Source: Catajapyx aquilonaris
Lineage: Eukaryota
Length of the DNA: 64,000 nt
Assembly: GCA_000934665.2 (NCBI GenBank)
Contig: KZ537983.1
Location: forward strand, 1 to 64,000
Direction of reading: 5' to 3'
Below are positions 59,986 to 64,000 of the stretch, one piece after another. The notes beneath the pieces are model-generated. The model was given only the letters and a program-made list of their open reading frames with translations, was not told the origin of the DNA and did no database searches. A program made the translations under genes and the position numbers. How positions within the stretch are numbered: position 1 is the first letter of the stretch; the number at the start of each line of letters is the position of its first letter.

Positions 59986-61648
59986 ATGAAGTTCACACTC
60001 ATGATCACGGCCTTAACAGGCCTCTTTTGCATCGTGGAGTCATACAACATCCTGATGGTGATATACTTTGCTTCCAAGAGTCACAAGCAAGTGCTGGAGC
60101 CCCTAGCTAGAGGTCTTGCTGAACGTGGACATCAGGTAACCTTCTTCAACCCGTTCCCCAAAACTTCAAAGGATATTCCAAATCTGAAAGAGGTTATTCC
60201 GAGTGAACTGACCAGTGGTATGGAAGGAGTGTTTCGACGTTTCCAGAGTCGTGATCCTCCAAACAAGTTCAAAGTGCTGTTCAAGTTTTTTGACTTATCG
60301 ATGGAAATGTGCGACATATTTTTGTCAAGTACGGAAACACACCAGCTCTTGAAGTCAAAGTTCGATATTGTGCTGATCGACGGTTTTTTGAACGATTGTG
60401 CTATTGGTTTGGCCTACCGTCTGCAAGTGCCATTTGCTTATGTAACACCAGCCATACTTCAGGGATGGCAAGCAATGGGCACCAAAAATCCTCTGCCATC
60501 ATCTGTAATACCTTTCGGATTTACACCGTACACCAACCAGATGACATTTTGGCAACGGGTCATAAACTTTGTGTACAGCAATGCAGGGGATTTAATTCGT
60601 CTCTACTACGGGATCCCAAATCATGATTACATTATGCGGAAACACTTGGGACAGGATCTTCCTTCGCTGGCAGACATGGAACGAAACATCAGTCTGGTGT
60701 TGATGAACCAGCACTTTTCGATGGAGTTCCCAAGAGCGTGGTTGCCAGAAATGGTTGAAGTTGGAGGACTGCATTGTCGACCTCCTCTGCCTCTTCCAGA
60801 CCCATTGTTGGAGTTTGTGGAAGGTTCTGAGGGCTTCATCTACATGAGCTTCGGATCGGTCGTGGTTGGCAGTCAGATGGACCCCCAACTGCGAGATGTG
60901 TTTCTGTCTGTTTTCGGCAGAATCCAAGAGCGTGTCGTGTGGAAGTGGGAGACTGAGACAATGGATGGGGTTGACGTGCCCAAAAATGTCAAGCTCATCA
61001 AATGGGTTCCTCAGCAGGACATTCTAGGTAAGCCTTGTCACAATACGCGTAAGATGCTTGTACGTAATACGTTTGGTTTCAGGTCATCCCAAGTGTCGGT
61101 TGTTCATCACCCAGGGTGGGATGATGAGTCAGCAAGAGGGTATATACCACGGAGTTCCCATGCTTGTCATCCCCTTTTTGGCTGACCAAGAAGCCAATGC
61201 GATGCGAGCCATTAAGCTAGGCTTTGGTCTGAAGATGGAATTGGACGAAATAACACATGACTCACTACATCACACTGTCAGTCGACTTCTGCATGAGCCA
61301 CAGTTAGTCTAATTAGAATTACTTTGTCTTATTAGAATGGGACATCGTTTGATGCTTTATTTCTATAGGTTCTGCCAACGCGTAGAACAAGTTTCAAGTA
61401 TACATCGAGACCAGATTGTGACCCCTATGGAACTTGCAATATTTTGGACCGAATACGTCATACGTCATAAGGGTGCACCACATTTACGGTCAGTGGTCAG
61501 GGACATGCCGTGGTACCAGGTGTACCTGCTGGATGTGATATTGTTCATCGCGGTAGTAGTCACTGTCGTATTAGCTGCAATGTACCTTGTGGTCCGAGCT
61601 GTTATTCGTATGTCATATGGAAAGCAGAAGAGACAGAAAAGAGATTAG
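59986..61648 (+). CDS. UDP-glycosyltransferase (copy 3)
   Basis: Exons 59986-61027, 61083-61302, 61369-61648; near-identical to copies 1 and 2. Confidence 0.93.
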
Positions 61649-61822
61649 TATTATTCATTGTGTCACAAACTGGTGCAATAAATGTGACATAACCTTATCC
61701 GATTGTTTCATTGCCGGTGTGACTATGACTCTTCGATAAAGGGCAAAGTATACAGTACAATGACTTTATCTTATCACAACCTTGACCAACACAGTATCAC
61801 CCCCATTTTCAGCTGTGCAGTC

Positions 61823-63468
61823 ATGAAGCTAAGTGTTGTGATTGTGGCCTTAACAGGCGTATATTTGGTGGGAGCATCTAACATTCTAATGATAATCTAC
61901 TTCGGATCAAAAAGTCACAAGAATGTGCTGGAATCGCTGGCACAAGGTCTGGCTGAACGTGGACACCAGGTGACATTTGTGACCCCATATCCAAAGACAC
62001 GTGAAGTAGTGAATCTACGCGAAGTGAACCCAAGTTTGGTGACGACTGGAATACCACGGATACTCGAACAATTCCAGAAACGGGATCAACCAGCAGTTTG
62101 GCGAAGAATGTTCGCCATTGTAAACTTCTCGTTAGAAATGTGCGACACGTTTTTCCGCAGTCCAGAAACTAAGGAATTGATGAACTCAAAGTACGACCTA
62201 GTCTTGATCGATGGTATATTGAACGACTGTGCAGTCGGTTTGGCCCACCGTTTGAACGCACCATTTGGCTACGTGGCACCAGGTGTGATCTTAGGATGGC
62301 AGGTCGTGGGCACCAAGAACCCTCTCCCTTCGTCAACAGTCCCGTTTGGGATCATGCCATATGAGAACATGACATTCTTGCAACGTACGGGAAACTTCCT
62401 GATGAGCAACTTGGCCGACCTGTTCCGTCTGTACTACTCCGTGCCTTTGTACGATGACCTGATGAGGACACACCTTGGCAGTGACCTTCCTTCGCTGGCA
62501 GACATGGAGCGAAACATCAGCCTTGTCCTGATCAATCAGCATTTTTCAATTGTGGCTCCTCGTGCCTGGTTGCCTGAACTGGTCGAGGTTGGAGGGATGC
62601 ATTGTCGTCCTGCTCAACCTCTTCCAGACCCATTGTTAAAGTATGTCGAAGGATCCGAAGGCTTCATCTACATAAGCTTCGGCACTGTTGTGATAGGGAG
62701 TCAGATGGACCCCAAACTACGAGACGCGTTTCTGTCTGTTTTTGGCAAGTTGAAAGAGCGTGTCTTGTGGAAGTGGGAGACTGAGACCATGGAGGGGGTT
62801 GATGTACCCAAAAATGTCAAGCTCAGCAAATGGCTTCCTCAGCAGGACATTCTAGGTAAGAGTCTGTCACCCCTACAGATTGCCCAATAATGCATTTGGT
62901 TTCACAGGTCATCCCAAGTGTCGGTTGTTCATCACCCAGGGAGGGCTTATGAGTCAGCAGGAGGCCATTTACCACGGAGTGCCCATGCTTGTCATGCCCT
63001 TCGTGGGTGACCAAGACGCCAACGCGGTACGAGCCCAAAGCCAAGGATATGCCTTGAAGATGGAAGTGGACGAAGTGACGTCTGATTCCCTGGAAAAAAC
63101 TATCAGACAACTTCTGAAGGAGCTACAGTTAAGTCGGTTACTTTCACAGGTCAACTGAACGGTTATATTCATCTCGTCTTCATTTTAGGTACCGCCAACG
63201 TGTGCAAGGTTTATCCCAGGTGTATCGTGACCAACCTGAAACCCCGCTGGAACGTGCGATATTTTGGACCGAGTATGTCATACGCCACAAGGGTGCAACC
63301 CATATGAGGTCCAGAGCCAGGAACATGTCTTGGTACCAGATTTATTTAGTGGACGTCATTTTATTTATCACGATTGTTTCCGTTGTCCTGTTTGGTATCT
63401 TCTACCTCACGGTGCGAACCCTTATTCGCATGATTTGTGGAAAAGACAAAAAGCAAAAAGTAGATTAA
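61823..63468 (+). CDS. UDP-glycosyltransferase (copy 4, older paralogue)
   Basis: Exons 61823-62855, 62908-63127, 63189-63468; same intron positions, diverged N-terminal domain, tail KKQKVD. Confidence 0.93.
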
Positions 63469-63938
63469 TATCTCCTAATACTGTACTGTACTGTACATTA
63501 CACAACTAGTCATACATTTATGATTGTAGGCTATGTACAAACACACGTGATGTTTTCCTACGTTACTGATGCATCATGTATCCTAACATCCGCAAATGAA
63601 GGCCACAAATAAAACATCTCGTCACTATAATTACAATACCAGAAACCCACAACACTAGTGACTTCCCACACCCTAATCCGCCTAAGAAATGGCGACAGGA
63701 GCAGTGCCATTGCATAAGCCACTGCTGCAGTGGTTCATCTACTGATGACCAGATGTCCAACATAATTCTAGCGATTAAACTGTCAACAAGCTAGCTCTGA
63801 AGCTATGAAAGCCATCCTGGTGACATTGTCCTTAGCACAGGCTATTAGTCGTAACCCCATTGCAAGGTGCACTATTTTGGACCGTGTGAGGCTTTGACCT
63901 TTGTGTTTTGCTACAGAATGCAAGGATTTGTTTATTTA

Positions 63939-64000
63939 CTAGCAGCGGTGCCCGCTCATCGTACGGCCTGTTTCCATGGTAATCACCAACAAAATCCCGT
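63939..64000 (-). mobile_element. Helitron 3' end (element continues beyond the window)
   Basis: Minus strand ...GCGGGCACCGCTGCTAG|T resembles the 3' end of 56743-57198 (ACGGGCTCCGCTGTTAG|T). Confidence 0.55.

Noticed and set aside
1..64000. CRISPR arrays, operons or prokaryotic defence systems
   Set aside because: The sequence is spliceosomal-intron-containing animal DNA; the repeats seen are coding minisatellites or transposon termini, not repeat-spacer arrays.

Overview
Compact, intron-rich animal genomic DNA from a protostome, most likely an arthropod (intronless divergent ionotropic receptors, insect/crustacean-type UGTs). Left to right: last exon of mRpL46 (+); a ~22.6 kb, ~50-intron single-headed inner-arm axonemal dynein heavy chain, DNAH12-like (-); head-to-head with it across ~430 bp, IQUB (+), with a probable alternative first exon; a type I membrane IL-17-receptor-like SEFIR protein (-); three diverged ankyrin-repeat/SOCS-box (ASB) genes; a NOPCHAP1/C12orf45-like gene; two tandem ionotropic receptors with gene-conversion-like tracts; and four tandem UDP-glycosyltransferases. 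Introns and spacers carry many small transposon relics (pogo/Tigger, mariner, PIF/Harbinger, piggyBac and Kolobok-type MITEs, Helitrons, RTE-like 3' stubs, a tRNA-Arg-derived SINE) and a TSD-flanked U2 snRNA retrocopy. The most interesting signals are the possibly ancient DNAH12-IQUB-IL17R-ASB gene neighbourhood and the shared RFX X-box promoter of two axonemal partners. All family calls come from motif recognition by eye, exon boundaries are manual, and human map positions are recalled and need verification.
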